From Candidatus Latescibacterota bacterium (GTDB lineage: Bacteria > Latescibacterota > UBA2968 > GCA-2709665): a stretch of 64,000 nucleotides of DNA. A program made the position numbers and the translations under genes. The notes beneath the pieces were generated by a model. The model ran no database searches. It was not told the DNA's origin and saw only the letters and a program-made list of their open reading frames with translations. This document shows positions 9,885 to 21,452 of the stretch, one piece after another. Each line of letters begins with the position of its first letter. Position 1 is the stretch's first letter. The DNA lies in the NCBI GenBank assembly GCA_965203805.1, contig OZ241917.1, forward strand, positions 3,264,001 to 3,328,000. The letters run 5' to 3'.

Positions 9885-10673
9885 ATGTCGGAATTTCAGG
9901 ATAAAGCGGTCATCGTCACCGGCGGCGCGAAGGGCATCGGCAGCGGCATCTGCCTGGCATTCGCCAGAGAGGGCGCCCGCGTGCTCTGCGCCGACGTGGA
10001 CGCGAACGCCGGCGATCGTCTGGCCGCGGAAAGCGACGCCCTCCCGGGCCATATCCAGTTCCAGGAGGCGGACGTCGCGCGTGACGACGCGTGCCGCGGG
10101 CTCGCGCGGACCTGCGTTTCGGAATGGGGCAGCGTGGATATCCTCTGCAACAACGTGGGCATCCAGCCGACACACAGCTACCTGCCTGCCCACGAACTGC
10201 CCGAAGACACGTGGGACGCCATCCTGAACGTCAACCTGAAGAGCGCCTTTCTGATGACGCGTCACTGCGTCCCCGAGATGATTAAACGCGGGGGCGGCGT
10301 GATTATCAACACGGCCAGCGTCCAGGGTCTCCAGTCCACCAAAGGCGTCTGCGCCTACGCCGCCAGCAAGGGCGGCATCCTTTCGCTGACGCGGCAACTC
10401 GCCCTGGAATACGCCGAACACAACGTGCGGGTGCTTGCGGTCAACCCCGGCACGATCGACACCCCTCTGGTCGACGAAGCCCTGAAGGCCACGGGCGGCG
10501 ACGAGAAGGAACAGCGCGAACGGATGGGCCGGTCCCATCCCATCGGCCGGATCGGGACCCCCGACGAGGTCGCGCAGGCCGTGCTGTTCCTCGCCAGCGA
10601 AAAAGCCTCGTTCATGACGGGCGAGAACGTGTGCGTGGACGGCGGCATGATGGCCAAAGGCGCCTGGAGCTGA
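9885..10673 (+). CDS. SDR family oxidoreductase
   Basis: TGGAKGIG, NNVG, YAASK, PGTIDT. Confidence 0.92.
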   Translation: MSEFQDKAVIVTGGAKGIGSGICLAFAREGARVLCADVDANAGDRLAAESDALPGHIQFQEADVARDDACRGLARTCVSEWGSVDILCNNVGIQPTHSYLPAHELPEDTWDAILNVNLKSAFLMTRHCVPEMIKRGGGVIINTASVQGLQSTKGVCAYAASKGGILSLTRQLALEYAEHNVRVLAVNPGTIDTPLVDEALKATGGDEKEQRERMGRSHPIGRIGTPDEVAQAVLFLASEKASFMTGENVCVDGGMMAKGAWS

Positions 10674-10702
10674 TCACCCGTCCAGGGCCGCAACAGAACC
10701 CT

Positions 10703-11182
10703 ATGGACTATCATCCGTTTATCGTCCACTTCCCCGTCGCCCTGCTCACCGTCGGATTCTTCTGCGACGCCGCCGGCATTTTTCTCCGCAGGGACCACCT
10801 CCTCCGCACCGGCTACCTCCTCCTGGTTCTGGGCGCGGTCTCCGCGATCGCGGCCGCGGTCACGGGAGACGCGGCCGAGGATTCGGCCGCCGGAATCCCC
10901 GGCATCGCCGCCGCGCTCGAGCAGCACGCGTCCATCTCCACCGCAGCCACATGGCTGGCCATCGGGCTTGCCCTCTTCCGCACCCACCTCACCGTCAAGG
11001 GAAAATTCTCCGGAAACCTCCGATTCGTATATCTCGCCGGCGCGGCGGCAACGGCGGTTCTCGTTGCCGTCAGCGGGTACACCGGAGGGCGAATGAGTTA
11101 CGAATACGGGCCGGGTGTCAGGCCTGTGATGGAAATTCACTCCCCCCGCAATCCGGCTCCGGGAGAGAAGACCCCCGATTGA
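10703..11182 (+). CDS. DUF2231-type membrane protein
   Basis: HPFIVHFPVAL N-terminus, four hydrophobic segments, GYTGGRMSY. Confidence 0.7.
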   Translation: MDYHPFIVHFPVALLTVGFFCDAAGIFLRRDHLLRTGYLLLVLGAVSAIAAAVTGDAAEDSAAGIPGIAAALEQHASISTAATWLAIGLALFRTHLTVKGKFSGNLRFVYLAGAAATAVLVAVSGYTGGRMSYEYGPGVRPVMEIHSPRNPAPGEKTPD

Positions 11183-11269
11183 CTCCGCGAGTGGTACAGA
11201 AATGCTGCGATGTTCCTGCCTCGGATTTCCCATGGTTGCTTTATAGTTCGCCTGACGGCGGAAGAACAC

Positions 11270-12530
11270 CCTTTGAAACTAACCTCCGGCAGGACAAGGG
11301 CTTAACCTCTCCCACAAACTCTATTTTCTCTTCGTCCTTTTTCTTGTACGCCCAAGAAAAAGGACCAAAAAGAACGGCGCCTGCCTGCCGAGCAGGCTTC
11401 GGCGCAGGCAGGCCGCTCGGCGCGGGGCCGGTTTTTCCGTGAACCACCTCAGTGGCGGAATTGGAATTTAGGTGCCCTGTCACCGGACCAGCCCATCCCG
11501 AACGATGTTGCTGGACGGATTTGCACGGAAAAACCCCCCACTCCACCACCGTACGCCTATTAGGACCACATGATGTTTGGAACGAAAATATCGCTAGCGA
11601 TTGTGCGTTTAAAAACCCCCCTCACCACCGCCGACCTACCCCCTATCCCCCTTCCCGGAGGGAAAGGGGGAACGGTGATCCTTTCAGGGTGTCCTGGTTG
11701 TCTCCCCCTCTCCTCACAGGAGAGGGGGCCGGGGGGAGAGGTCGCGTAACAGCGGGGAGACGTAAGAGGTGAGACGTTAGATGACGTCCTTGCCTGATTG
11801 GATCTTACTTTATGCCTGCGGCAAGAAATGAAACCGTACAGGGCACACAATATCTCCCGTCTTACGTCTCCCGTCTCCCCGCCCTTAGGGAATTTGGGGA
11901 GCTATGGATGTTGAATCTGATATTCGCTCTTGCTTCAAGCTGACTGCCGAATGCTGACCGCTGTTTGGTTTTCTTTGTGTCTTTGTGTCTCCGTGTGATA
12001 GGAATTTCGGTTTCGACTAAGCTCCGACGCCTGTCTTTTCTCCCCCTCTCCCCCCGGGAGAGGGGCCGGGGGGAGAGGTCGCGTAAAAGCGGTGAGACGT
12101 AAGAGGTGAGACGTTAGATGACGTCCTTGCCTGATTGGATCTTACTTTATGCCTGCGGCAAGAAATGAAACCGTACAGGGCACACAATATCTCCCGTCTT
12201 ACGTCTCCCGTCTCCCCGCTCTTCAGGCACTCACGGTATCTCCCGTCTAACGTCTCCCGTCTTACCGCCCCTCAGACCTACCCCCTTTCAGGGTGTCCTG
12301 GTTGTCTCCCCCTCTCCCCCCGGGAGAGGGGGCCGGGGGGAGAGGTCTGCGGGGCTGGGGGTGGTTCGCTCTCGGCTGAATGCTGACAGCTGTTTCTCAA
12401 CGGCAGGGAATTTGGGGAGATGTGGATGTTGAAGTTGATTCTTGTTTTTGATTCTCGCTCTTGCTTCAAGCTGACTGCCGAATGCTGACCGCTGTTGGCT
12501 GGTTGGGCGGCCGGGGGGAGAGGTCTCGTT
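11270..12530 (+). repeat. Mosaic array 2
   Basis: Same modules; internal ~160-bp direct duplication (~11722-11882 and ~12059-12218). Confidence 0.9.
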
Positions 12531-12663
12531 TCGTTCTTGATCGGAGGGGCGTTGTACGCTACCTTTCCAGCGAATGACGCGAGCGCGTCTACGCCGTTAC
12601 GGGCGCCGTTTTCGCCGCGGCCCGGACACTTTCACATCGGGTTGTTCGGAAGGGACCGACAGC

Positions 12664-15012
12664 ATGCACCCCGCGCCACATCCACCGTTTCGCACCGCCG
12701 CCGTCCTGGGCGCGGGCGTTATGGGATCGCAGATTGCCGCCCACCTGGCCAACGCCGGACTGTCCGTTCATCTTCTGGATCTTCCGGGCGGCGAAAGAAA
12801 CCGAAACGGGATTGTCGACGGCGCGCTGAAAGGACTCGAGCGTCTCAACCCCGCCCCCCTCTTTACGGAAGGAACCGCCCGCCGCATCACCCCCGGCAAT
12901 ATCGAGGACGACTTCCACCGTGCGTCCGAAGCGGACTGGATCATCGAAGCGGTCGTGGAGAAACCGGACGTCAAGCAGGAGATCATGGCGCGCGTGGAAT
13001 CCGCCGCGAACCGCCATGCCGTCATTTCCACCAACACCAGCGGCATTCCGATCCACCTGATCGCGCAGGGACGGTCCGCCGATTTCAGGCGGCGCTTCCT
13101 CGGCGCGCACTTCTTCAACCCGCCGCGCTACCTCAAGCTCCTCGAACTCATCCCCCTTCCCGATACGGATTCATCCGTTGTCGATCGCATTTCCCGGTTC
13201 GGCAGCGAACGGCTCGGGAAAGGCATTGTTGTCGCGAACGACACGCCCGGCTTCATCGGCAACCGCATCGGCGTGTACGCCATGATGCAGTGTATCCGGG
13301 CCTTTACGGATGAGGGGTATACGATCGAGGAAGTCGACGCCCTTACAGGCCCGCTGCTGGGACGTCCCAGGTCCGCCACGTTCAGAACTGCGGACGTTGT
13401 CGGTCTGGATACGCTCGTGCACGTTGCGGGTTACCTCCACGATGCCCTGCCGAACGACGAAAGCCGGGACGGGTTCCGGGTTCCCGAAGTGGTCGACCGG
13501 CTGGTTGCGGACGGCGCCACCGGCGCCAAGGCGGGCAGCGGGTTCTATAAGAAAGAGGGCCGAAACATCCTCTCGTTCAACCCCGAGACCCGGGCATACG
13601 ACCTGCCGGCGGAACCAGGACTGGGCGACCTCGAACCCGTTCGGAAACAGAGGGACCTTTCCCGGCGCCTTTGCGACCTCTACGCGAACGACGGGCGGGC
13701 GGGCGCTTTCTTCCGGAACCATCTCCTGGAAGTCCTGTCGTACAGCGCTCGCCGCATCCCGGAGATCACCGCCAATCCGGCCGACATCGACCGCGCGCTT
13801 CGCTGGGGATTCGGCTGGGAGGCAGGGCCCTTCGAAATGTGGGATATGATCGGATTCGATACCCTCCTCGGGGACATGGCCGCCGAAAACATCCCCCTGC
13901 CGGGCTGGATCGAAAGCATGTCCGGGGCGGGCGCCGCGGGATTCCGCGACCGCTCGCGGGTCTATACGCCGGATCGCGGATACGTGCGGGAATCGGGAGA
14001 AGAAAACGCCTCGCCCGCGGTTCGCACGGACAAGCCCCACGTCCGGTGGCGAAACGAGGACGCCGTTCTCCTGGACTTGGGAGAGGACATCGCCCTCTTC
14101 GAATACCGCTCCAAGGCAAACTCCATGGGCGAGACACTCGTTCGCGGGCTTGTTGACGCGGTCGACATCGTCGAATCGGGAAATTACCGCGGCATGGTCA
14201 TCTGCAACGGAGGGAAGAATTTCTCGGTGGGCGCCAACCTGGGGGAGATGGTCGCGCACGCGGAGCAGAAACGCTTCGATCGGATGCACGGACTCATTGT
14301 CAATTTCCAGCAGATGATCCAGCGTGTCCACTATTCCGCCAGACCGGTCGTCGTCGCCACCCACGGCCGCGTCCTTGGCGGCGGCTGCGAACTCACGCTG
14401 GCCTGCGCCAGTCCCGTGGCCGCGGCGGAATCCTACATCGGACTCGTGGAACTGGCCGTGGGACTCATCCCCGGCGGCTGCGGCACCATGCGCATGGCGG
14501 CGATTTCGCACGAGCGGGCTTCATCCGAGCAGGACAGCCACATCCAGCCCTTCCTGACCAGGGCCTTTGAAACGGTGGCGACGGCAAAGGTATCCAACAG
14601 CGCCCATCAGGCTCGGGAGTACGGGTTCCTTCCGCCGGCGTCGCCCATTGTGATGAACCAGGACCACCGGCTGGACGCCGCCAGACAGGAAGTCCTGCGC
14701 CTCTCGAACCAGGGATACGCGCCGCCGCCGGTCCGCAACGGCATCCGGGTACTCGGGCAGCCGGCCCGCGCGCGGTTCGAAGTGACGACCTACAATATGC
14801 TCCGTTCGGGTTTCATCTCCGAATACGACCGCTATCTGGCGAACCGGTTCGCGTACGTGCTGACCGGCGGAGACCTCAGCGGTCCCGCGAACGTACACGA
14901 AGACTATCTCCTCGAGCTGGAACGCGAAGTGTTCGTCGCCCTTACGGGCGAAGAGAAGACCCGGGAACGCATCTACAGCATCCTCCGAACCAACAGACCC
15001 CTGAGAAACTAA
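12664..15012 (+). CDS. 3-hydroxyacyl-CoA dehydrogenase / enoyl-CoA hydratase fusion (FadN-like)
   Basis: AVLGAGVMG, STNTSG, HFFNPPRY, C-terminal crotonase domain with GGGCE. Confidence 0.9.
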   Translation: MHPAPHPPFRTAAVLGAGVMGSQIAAHLANAGLSVHLLDLPGGERNRNGIVDGALKGLERLNPAPLFTEGTARRITPGNIEDDFHRASEADWIIEAVVEKPDVKQEIMARVESAANRHAVISTNTSGIPIHLIAQGRSADFRRRFLGAHFFNPPRYLKLLELIPLPDTDSSVVDRISRFGSERLGKGIVVANDTPGFIGNRIGVYAMMQCIRAFTDEGYTIEEVDALTGPLLGRPRSATFRTADVVGLDTLVHVAGYLHDALPNDESRDGFRVPEVVDRLVADGATGAKAGSGFYKKEGRNILSFNPETRAYDLPAEPGLGDLEPVRKQRDLSRRLCDLYANDGRAGAFFRNHLLEVLSYSARRIPEITANPADIDRALRWGFGWEAGPFEMWDMIGFDTLLGDMAAENIPLPGWIESMSGAGAAGFRDRSRVYTPDRGYVRESGEENASPAVRTDKPHVRWRNEDAVLLDLGEDIALFEYRSKANSMGETLVRGLVDAVDIVESGNYRGMVICNGGKNFSVGANLGEMVAHAEQKRFDRMHGLIVNFQQMIQRVHYSARPVVVATHGRVLGGGCELTLACASPVAAAESYIGLVELAVGLIPGGCGTMRMAAISHERASSEQDSHIQPFLTRAFETVATAKVSNSAHQAREYGFLPPASPIVMNQDHRLDAARQEVLRLSNQGYAPPPVRNGIRVLGQPARARFEVTTYNMLRSGFISEYDRYLANRFAYVLTGGDLSGPANVHEDYLLELEREVFVALTGEEKTRERIYSILRTNRPLRN

Positions 15013-15203
15013 CTTTGATTCGTCATTATTCGGGGACGTTAATTCGAATATGCGCAAGTGAATAAAGGCGATTTAACTGCAGATTTCCATGATCCTTCAG
15101 GTCACTGGATGTGAACGGAAAAAATGTCGTTCCGGACGACCTTTTCGGCCCGTTTCGGAAGGATTCGTCGCAGCGACCCGTTGCTGTTTTTGTCGAATTA
15201 CGG
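15012..15203 (+). repeat. ~190-bp dispersed element, copy 1
   Basis: Near-identical to 57462-57653 over the first ~140 bp. Confidence 0.85.
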
Positions 15204-15262
15204 TTAATCCCCGCGCCATCCGGTCCGCCTGATGGCGTGTAAAAGAAGAGGTCGAATCCGCC

Positions 15263-16447
15263 ATGAACAACGAAACCTGCATCGTGAGCAGCGTCCGTAC
15301 GGCCGTGGGCAAAGCCGGGAGAGGCGCCCTGCGCAATGTGCGGCCGGAAACCATGGGCGCGGCCGCGGTCAGCGGCGCCATGGCGCGCGTCACGGGCCTC
15401 CTGCCCGAGAGCGTCGACGACGTGATCATGGGCTGCGCGTTTCCCGAAGCGCAGCAGGGCATGGTTCTCGGCCGCGTTGTCGCGCGGAAAGCCGGCCTGC
15501 CGGAAACGGTCCCCGGCGTTACCATCAACCGCTTCTGCGCCTCCGGGCTGCAATCCATCGCGATGGCCCACCAAGCGATCTCCGCGGGCCAGGCCGACGT
15601 CATCGTGGCGGGCGGTGCCGAATCCATGAGCCTCGTGCCCATGGGCGGAAACCATTTCATGCCCGATCCCGACGTCACGCGTGAGAACCCGGACCTCTAC
15701 ATCGACATGGGCAACACCGCCGAGAATCTGGCGGAGAGCGAGGCCATCTCGCGGGAGGAACAGGACGCGTTCGCCCTGCGTTCCCACCAGCGCGCGCTGA
15801 ACGCCGCCGCCGGAGGCCGCTTCAATGAGGAGATTGTGCCCATGCACGTTGTGGACACGGTGTACGAGAATGGCGGCGCCGCGTCCACCGAAACGACGTT
15901 CAGGGCTGACGAAGGTCCCCGCGCCGACACCAGCGCCCCCGCCCTCGCCCGGCTCAGGCCGGTCTTCCGCGCGGGCGGCACCGTCACGGCGGGAAACGCC
16001 TCCCAGGTGTCGGACGGCGCCGCGGCGACGGTGGTGATGAGCGAACAAACGGCCAGAGAACTGGACGTGGAACCCATGGCGCGGCTCGCGGGATACGCCG
16101 TGGCCGGCGTGGCGCCCGAAATCATGGGGATCGGCCCCGCCGAAGCCGTGCCGAAAGCGCTCCGCCAGGCGGGCCTCACGCTGGACGATATCGGCCTGAT
16201 CGAACTGAACGAAGCCTTCGCGGTCCAGGCGCTCGCCGTCATCGGCAGACTGGGCCTGGACCTGGATATCGTCAACGTGAACGGCGGGGCCATCGCGCTC
16301 GGCCACCCCCTGGGCTGCACCGGCGCCAAACTCACCGCCACCCTGCTGCACGAGATGATCCGCCGCAATGTCCGGTACGGCATCTGCACCATGTGCATCG
16401 GCAGCGGGATGGGCGCGGCGGGTATTTTTGAGAACCTGAGGATATAA
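15263..16447 (+). CDS. fadA: Acetyl-CoA C-acyltransferase (thiolase)
   Basis: NRFCASG, NEAFA, GHPLGCTG, MCIGSG motifs. Confidence 0.93.
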   Translation: MNNETCIVSSVRTAVGKAGRGALRNVRPETMGAAAVSGAMARVTGLLPESVDDVIMGCAFPEAQQGMVLGRVVARKAGLPETVPGVTINRFCASGLQSIAMAHQAISAGQADVIVAGGAESMSLVPMGGNHFMPDPDVTRENPDLYIDMGNTAENLAESEAISREEQDAFALRSHQRALNAAAGGRFNEEIVPMHVVDTVYENGGAASTETTFRADEGPRADTSAPALARLRPVFRAGGTVTAGNASQVSDGAAATVVMSEQTARELDVEPMARLAGYAVAGVAPEIMGIGPAEAVPKALRQAGLTLDDIGLIELNEAFAVQALAVIGRLGLDLDIVNVNGGAIALGHPLGCTGAKLTATLLHEMIRRNVRYGICTMCIGSGMGAAGIFENLRI

Positions 16448-16452
16448 GATGC

Positions 16453-18909
16453 ATGGACGTTCTGACTTCCACCTGCGGCGTCCTGTCCTTTTCGTACGTC
16501 GAAGCCTTCGCCGTTGGGGTTCTCGTATGCGCCCTGGGTTATACCGGCGCGCCGTTGTGGCTGTGGACGGTTCTTTCGGCCGCGTTGATGTGGACGTTCG
16601 GCGCGCCCGGCGGCCTCTGGTGGGGCTTCGGCGTCCTCGCGCCGCTGTTTAACCTGCGTCCGCTGCGCCGCGCGCTGATTTCCTCCCGGATCCTCAGGAT
16701 CCTCAAGGCGCTCCGCCTCCTTCCAACCATCTCTCCGACCGAACAGGCCGCCATCGAAGCCGGAAGCGTATGGATCGACGCCGACCTCTTCTCCGGCAAA
16801 CCCGATTTCAAACGCCTCAACAGCGAACCCTATCCCGACCTGGCCGAAAAGGAACGGGCATTCCTCGACGGACCCGTGGAAGATGCCTGCCGCCTCGCCG
16901 ACGACTGGGAGATTCACCGGAACCGGGACCTGCCGGAGGAACTCTGGAACACCCTCAAAGCGCAGCGGTTCTACGGGATCATCATTCCGGAGGAATTCGG
17001 CGGGCTTGGATTCTCCGCGTCCGCGCACAGCGCCATCGTGGGCAAGCTGGCCTCCCGCTCCATGCCTCTGGCCGTCACCGTTATGGTGCCCAATTCGCTC
17101 GGGCCGGCGGAACTCCTGATCCACTACGGCACCCGCGACCAGAAGGAAACCTACCTGCCCCGGCTGGCGCGCGGGGAGGAAATCCCCTGCTTTGCCCTCA
17201 CCGAACCGAACGCCGGCTCCGACGCCGGAAGCATCCGGTCCAGCGGGGTTGTCTTCAAGGACGAGGACGGGCGGCTGTGTCTGCGGCTGAACTGGAACAA
17301 GCGATATATCACCCTGGCATCCGTCTCCACGCTCATCGGCCTGGCATTCAAACTCGAAGACCCGGAAAACCTGCTGGGTAAAGGCGAAAGCCCGGGAATT
17401 ACGTGCGCCCTCGTTCCACGGGACACGCCAGGCGTTGTCGTGGACGGACGGCACGATCCGATGGGCGTGCCCTTTCACAACGCCCCCACCGGGGGCAGGG
17501 ACGTTATCGTCCCTGCCGACGCCATCATCGGCGGGCCCGAAGGCGCCGGCCAGGGGTGGCGCATGCTTATGGAATCCCTGGCGGCGGGGCGCGGCATCTC
17601 GCTTCCCGCAACCGCGGCCTTCGGCGCCAAGCTGACCGCGCGCGTGGCGGGCGCCCACGCCACCGTACGCAAACAGTTCGGCCTGTCCATCGGGCAATTC
17701 CAGGGGGTGGAGGAACCGCTCGCGCGCATCGGCGCCTTTACCTACCTCATGGAAGCCGCGAGGCGTTTCACCTGCGGCGGCCTGGACGGGGGCGAGAAAT
17801 CGGCCGTTGTCTCGGCCATCGTCAAGTACAATCTCACGGAACTCCATCGGCGCGCCATAATGGACGGCATGGACGTCCTGGGAGGCAACGCCATCGCGCA
17901 GGGGCCCAGAAACCTGCTCGCCAGGTCGTACCTCTGGGCGCCCATCGCCATTACCGTGGAAGGCGCGAATATCCTCACGCGGACGTTCATCACGTTCGGA
18001 CAAGGCGCGATCCGGTGCCATCCGTACGTCTATCGGGAGATACAGGCGCTCAGATCGAACAACCTGCGCGCCTTCGACCGCGCCTTCTGGGCGCATGCGG
18101 GCCACTTCATCCGCAACGCCTTCCGGGCCTCCATCCTGAGCCTGTCGCGCGGATATCCGGCGCGAACGCCCGTGCGCGGTCCGGCCGCCCGGTACTACCG
18201 GAAACTGGCGTGGGCATCCGCCGCGTTCGCCTTCCTGGCCGACGTCGCCCTGATTACGATGGGCGGCGCCCTGAAGAAAGAAGAGAAGCTGGCCGGCCGC
18301 TTCGCGGACATCCTCTCCTGGATGTACCTGGGCACGGCCGTGCTGCGTCGATTCGAAGCCGAAGGCCGCCCACCCGGCCACCTGCCCTACCTGCACTGGG
18401 CGATGCAATATGCGTTCGCGCAGATTCAGGCCAGCTTCAGCGGCCTGCTCGCGAACCTGCGCGGCTTTCCCGGGCTCGGGCTGCTTTTCCGCTATCCCGC
18501 CGCGCTTTGGTGTCGCCTGAACCCCATCGGCCGGATGCCGTCCGACGCCCTCGGCGGCGAGGTCGCGCGCGCCATGCGGACGCCCGGCCCCGACCGGGAC
18601 GCGCTGACCTCGGACATCTACCTGCCGGACTCGGCCGGTGACGCCCTGGCCCGGCTGGAAGCGGCATTCGAGCTGTCCTGTAAGGCCGAGCCCATCTCGC
18701 GCAAGATCAAAGCGGCCGCGCGCGCGGGCGCGCTCTCGGGCCGGGACCCCGACCGCCTGGTCGCGCAGGCACTCGACAAAGAGCTGATCACGCGGGAAGA
18801 CGCGGCGCTGTTCCGGCGCGCCGAGGCCGCCCGGGAACAGGCCATCCGCGTGGACGCGTTCAAACCCGAAGCATACCTCCCATATCCGGAAAACGCGAGG
18901 CAACGATAA
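16453..18909 (+). CDS. fadE: Acyl-CoA dehydrogenase, long FadE type
   Basis: N-terminal TM segments, [34 protein letters not shown]. Confidence 0.9.
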   Translation: MDVLTSTCGVLSFSYVEAFAVGVLVCALGYTGAPLWLWTVLSAALMWTFGAPGGLWWGFGVLAPLFNLRPLRRALISSRILRILKALRLLPTISPTEQAAIEAGSVWIDADLFSGKPDFKRLNSEPYPDLAEKERAFLDGPVEDACRLADDWEIHRNRDLPEELWNTLKAQRFYGIIIPEEFGGLGFSASAHSAIVGKLASRSMPLAVTVMVPNSLGPAELLIHYGTRDQKETYLPRLARGEEIPCFALTEPNAGSDAGSIRSSGVVFKDEDGRLCLRLNWNKRYITLASVSTLIGLAFKLEDPENLLGKGESPGITCALVPRDTPGVVVDGRHDPMGVPFHNAPTGGRDVIVPADAIIGGPEGAGQGWRMLMESLAAGRGISLPATAAFGAKLTARVAGAHATVRKQFGLSIGQFQGVEEPLARIGAFTYLMEAARRFTCGGLDGGEKSAVVSAIVKYNLTELHRRAIMDGMDVLGGNAIAQGPRNLLARSYLWAPIAITVEGANILTRTFITFGQGAIRCHPYVYREIQALRSNNLRAFDRAFWAHAGHFIRNAFRASILSLSRGYPARTPVRGPAARYYRKLAWASAAFAFLADVALITMGGALKKEEKLAGRFADILSWMYLGTAVLRRFEAEGRPPGHLPYLHWAMQYAFAQIQASFSGLLANLRGFPGLGLLFRYPAALWCRLNPIGRMPSDALGGEVARAMRTPGPDRDALTSDIYLPDSAGDALARLEAAFELSCKAEPISRKIKAAARAGALSGRDPDRLVAQALDKELITREDAALFRRAEAAREQAIRVDAFKPEAYLPYPENARQR

Positions 18910-18944
18910 CCGGGCGCCGCCGCGCGTCCCGAGGAGCGCAATCC

Positions 18945-20570
18945 ATGCAAGGCCAGATGATGGACTACCCGCTCACCCTGGACCGGATCCTCGAGCACGC
19001 CAACCGTCTGTATCCGCGCAAACGCATCACGACCGGATTGCCCGACGGGACCCTTCACCGCTACACGTACGCGGACCTGCGCCGCCGGTCGAAGCGGCTC
19101 GCCAGCGCTCTGGGCGGCCTGGGCGTCCAACCCGGCGACCGCGTGGGAACCTTCGCGTGGAACAACTACCAGCACCTGGAGCTGTACTTCGCGGTTCCGT
19201 GCAGCGGCGCCGTCTGCCATACGCTCAATATCCGCCTCTCGGCCGACCAACTGGCCTATATTATCAGCCACGCGGAGGACAAAGCCGTCTTTGTGGACGC
19301 GACCCTGCTGCCCCTCTTCGAAGCCGTGGCCGCCAGACTCGACCGTCCCCCCCGCGCCATCCTGTTCAATGCCGATCCCGGAACCGGCACGTCCCTCTCG
19401 GACGTCTGCGACTATGAAGACCTTATAGACAGCGGCAGCGACGCATTCGAATGGCCCGTCACCGACGAGGCCGCGGCCATGGGTCTCTGTTACACCAGCG
19501 GCACCACGGGCGAACCCCGGGGCGCGCTTTATTCGCACCGCTCGATGTTCCTGCACACCTTCGGCGTGAACCAGTCCAACGCCGTGGGCATTGTCGAATC
19601 GGATATCGTGATGCCGGTCGTACCCCAGTTTCACGCCATGGCTTGGGGTCTGCCCTATGCGTGCGCCATGGCCGGCGCGGACATGGTCCTTCCCGGACCC
19701 CACCTGAAGCCCGACGCCCTCGCCCGGACGATCGCGGACGAAGGCGTTACGGTGCCCGCCGGCGTTCCCACCATCTGGACCGGGCTCTATGAAGAACTGA
19801 AGGGCAACCCGCGCGACGTGTCCTGCATCCGGTCTCTGGTCGTGGGCGGTTCGGCCATGCCGCGCGGCCTGATCGAAGCCTACGAAACGGAACTCAACGT
19901 CCCGGTCCTGCACGCGTGGGGAATGACCGAACTCTCGCCCCTGGGCACCGTCTCCCGGCTGCAGCGGCATCACCGCGCCCTTTCGGACGCGGACAGGTGG
20001 GACGTCAAAGCCACGCAGGGGTATCCCATCTGCGGCGTTGAAATGCGGGTTGTGGATGACAGTGGAAGCGAAGCGCCCTGGGACGGCCGCAGCATCGGGG
20101 AGATTCAGGTCCGCGGCCCCTGGGTGATCGGGAGCTATTACAAACAGAAGCCTTCAGCCGACCGGTTCACGGACGACGGCTGGTTCCGGACCGGCGACGT
20201 GGGCGCGATGAGCCCGGACGGCTTCCTCCGCATCACGGACCGGACCCGAGACCTCATCAAGAGCGGCGGCGAGTGGATCTCCAGCGTCGAACTGGAGAAC
20301 GCGCTGATGGGGCACCCCGCCGTCACTGAAGCCGCCGTTATCGCCGTACCCGACGCGAAGTGGACGGAGCGTCCCTTCGCCATCGCCGTACGGTCGCCCG
20401 GCGCGGACCCGGTCACGGCCGAGGCGCTGCGGGCGCACCTGGCGTCGGCATATCCGAAATACTGGGTACCCGACCGGATCGTCTTCGTCGAGCAGATCCC
20501 CAAGACCAGTGTTGGAAAACTGGACAAGAAAGTGATCCGCCGCCGGCATGCCGAAGGACGGTTCGGATAG
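18945..20570 (+). CDS. Long-chain fatty acid--CoA ligase
   Basis: YTSGTTG, AWGMTE, WFRTGD, PKTSVGK. Confidence 0.9.
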   Translation: MQGQMMDYPLTLDRILEHANRLYPRKRITTGLPDGTLHRYTYADLRRRSKRLASALGGLGVQPGDRVGTFAWNNYQHLELYFAVPCSGAVCHTLNIRLSADQLAYIISHAEDKAVFVDATLLPLFEAVAARLDRPPRAILFNADPGTGTSLSDVCDYEDLIDSGSDAFEWPVTDEAAAMGLCYTSGTTGEPRGALYSHRSMFLHTFGVNQSNAVGIVESDIVMPVVPQFHAMAWGLPYACAMAGADMVLPGPHLKPDALARTIADEGVTVPAGVPTIWTGLYEELKGNPRDVSCIRSLVVGGSAMPRGLIEAYETELNVPVLHAWGMTELSPLGTVSRLQRHHRALSDADRWDVKATQGYPICGVEMRVVDDSGSEAPWDGRSIGEIQVRGPWVIGSYYKQKPSADRFTDDGWFRTGDVGAMSPDGFLRITDRTRDLIKSGGEWISSVELENALMGHPAVTEAAVIAVPDAKWTERPFAIAVRSPGADPVTAEALRAHLASAYPKYWVPDRIVFVEQIPKTSVGKLDKKVIRRRHAEGRFG

Positions 20571-20601
20571 CCGGCCGCGACCCGGGACAACAGGAACCCC
20601 G

Positions 20602-21333
20602 ATGCCTCTCCACCTGAAGAACCCTCACAGCATCCTGGCCGTTCTGCGATCCCGTCCCCAGGACGTCTACGAGATCCGTCTGCCGGACCCCGCGGCCGGC
20701 CCCTGGGGCCGGGTCCGGTCGTCCGCCGCGGAAATCGGCGTCAAAGTCACGAGCGGGACCCGCACGCCCCGGAGGCAAAACCGGACGGGCCGCGCGGGCG
20801 GCGCCGAGGCCGTCGTCAGGGAACGGCGCGCGGTCACCGTCCAGGACCTGTTCGCGAACGCGTCCGAGACCGGACTCTGGCTTGCGCTCGACCGCGTGCA
20901 GGACCCGCACAACGTGGGGGCGATCTTTCGCACGGCCGCCTTCTACGGCGTCCGCGGCATCCTGCTTACGCGGGACCGTTCCGCGTCGCTCACGGATACC
21001 GTGTACGACGTCGCGTCCGGCGGCGTGGAACACGTGCCCTTCTGCTTCCCGGCCAATCTCAGCAGGGCCCTCGACCTGGCGCGGAAGGCGAACCTCTGGA
21101 TTCTGGGCGCGTCCGAACACGCCGACGCCGACCTGAGCCGGATTGCGGGCGACCGGCCCTGGCTGCTGGTGCTGGGCAACGAGGAACGCGGGCTCCGCCG
21201 TCTCACGCTGGACAAATGCGACGTCACCTGCAGCATTCCATCGGCGGGCCGCGTCGCCTCCCTGAACGTCTCCGTGGCCGCGGGGATTTTCCTGCAGAAA
21301 CTCGCCCCGCCGCCGGAACCCGCCTCGCGATAA
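20602..21333 (+). CDS. TrmH/SpoU family RNA methyltransferase (RlmB-like)
   Basis: DPHNVGAIFRT, LGNEERG, SLNVSVA. Confidence 0.88.
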   Translation: MPLHLKNPHSILAVLRSRPQDVYEIRLPDPAAGPWGRVRSSAAEIGVKVTSGTRTPRRQNRTGRAGGAEAVVRERRAVTVQDLFANASETGLWLALDRVQDPHNVGAIFRTAAFYGVRGILLTRDRSASLTDTVYDVASGGVEHVPFCFPANLSRALDLARKANLWILGASEHADADLSRIAGDRPWLLVLGNEERGLRRLTLDKCDVTCSIPSAGRVASLNVSVAAGIFLQKLAPPPEPASR

Positions 21334-21452
21334 ACGGCCGGCGCCCGTATGCGATACAGGGCCGCGCCGCCCATGCTTCGGGAACCGGGCCCCCCTTGTC
21401 AGCATCTGCGTTATGCCTTATCTTTTTTTATAAAGGACCGGGAGAACAGCCG

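Noticed and set aside
15697-18903. 1068-aa minus-strand ORF
   Set aside because: Antisense shadow of fadA/fadE with no recognisable motifs.
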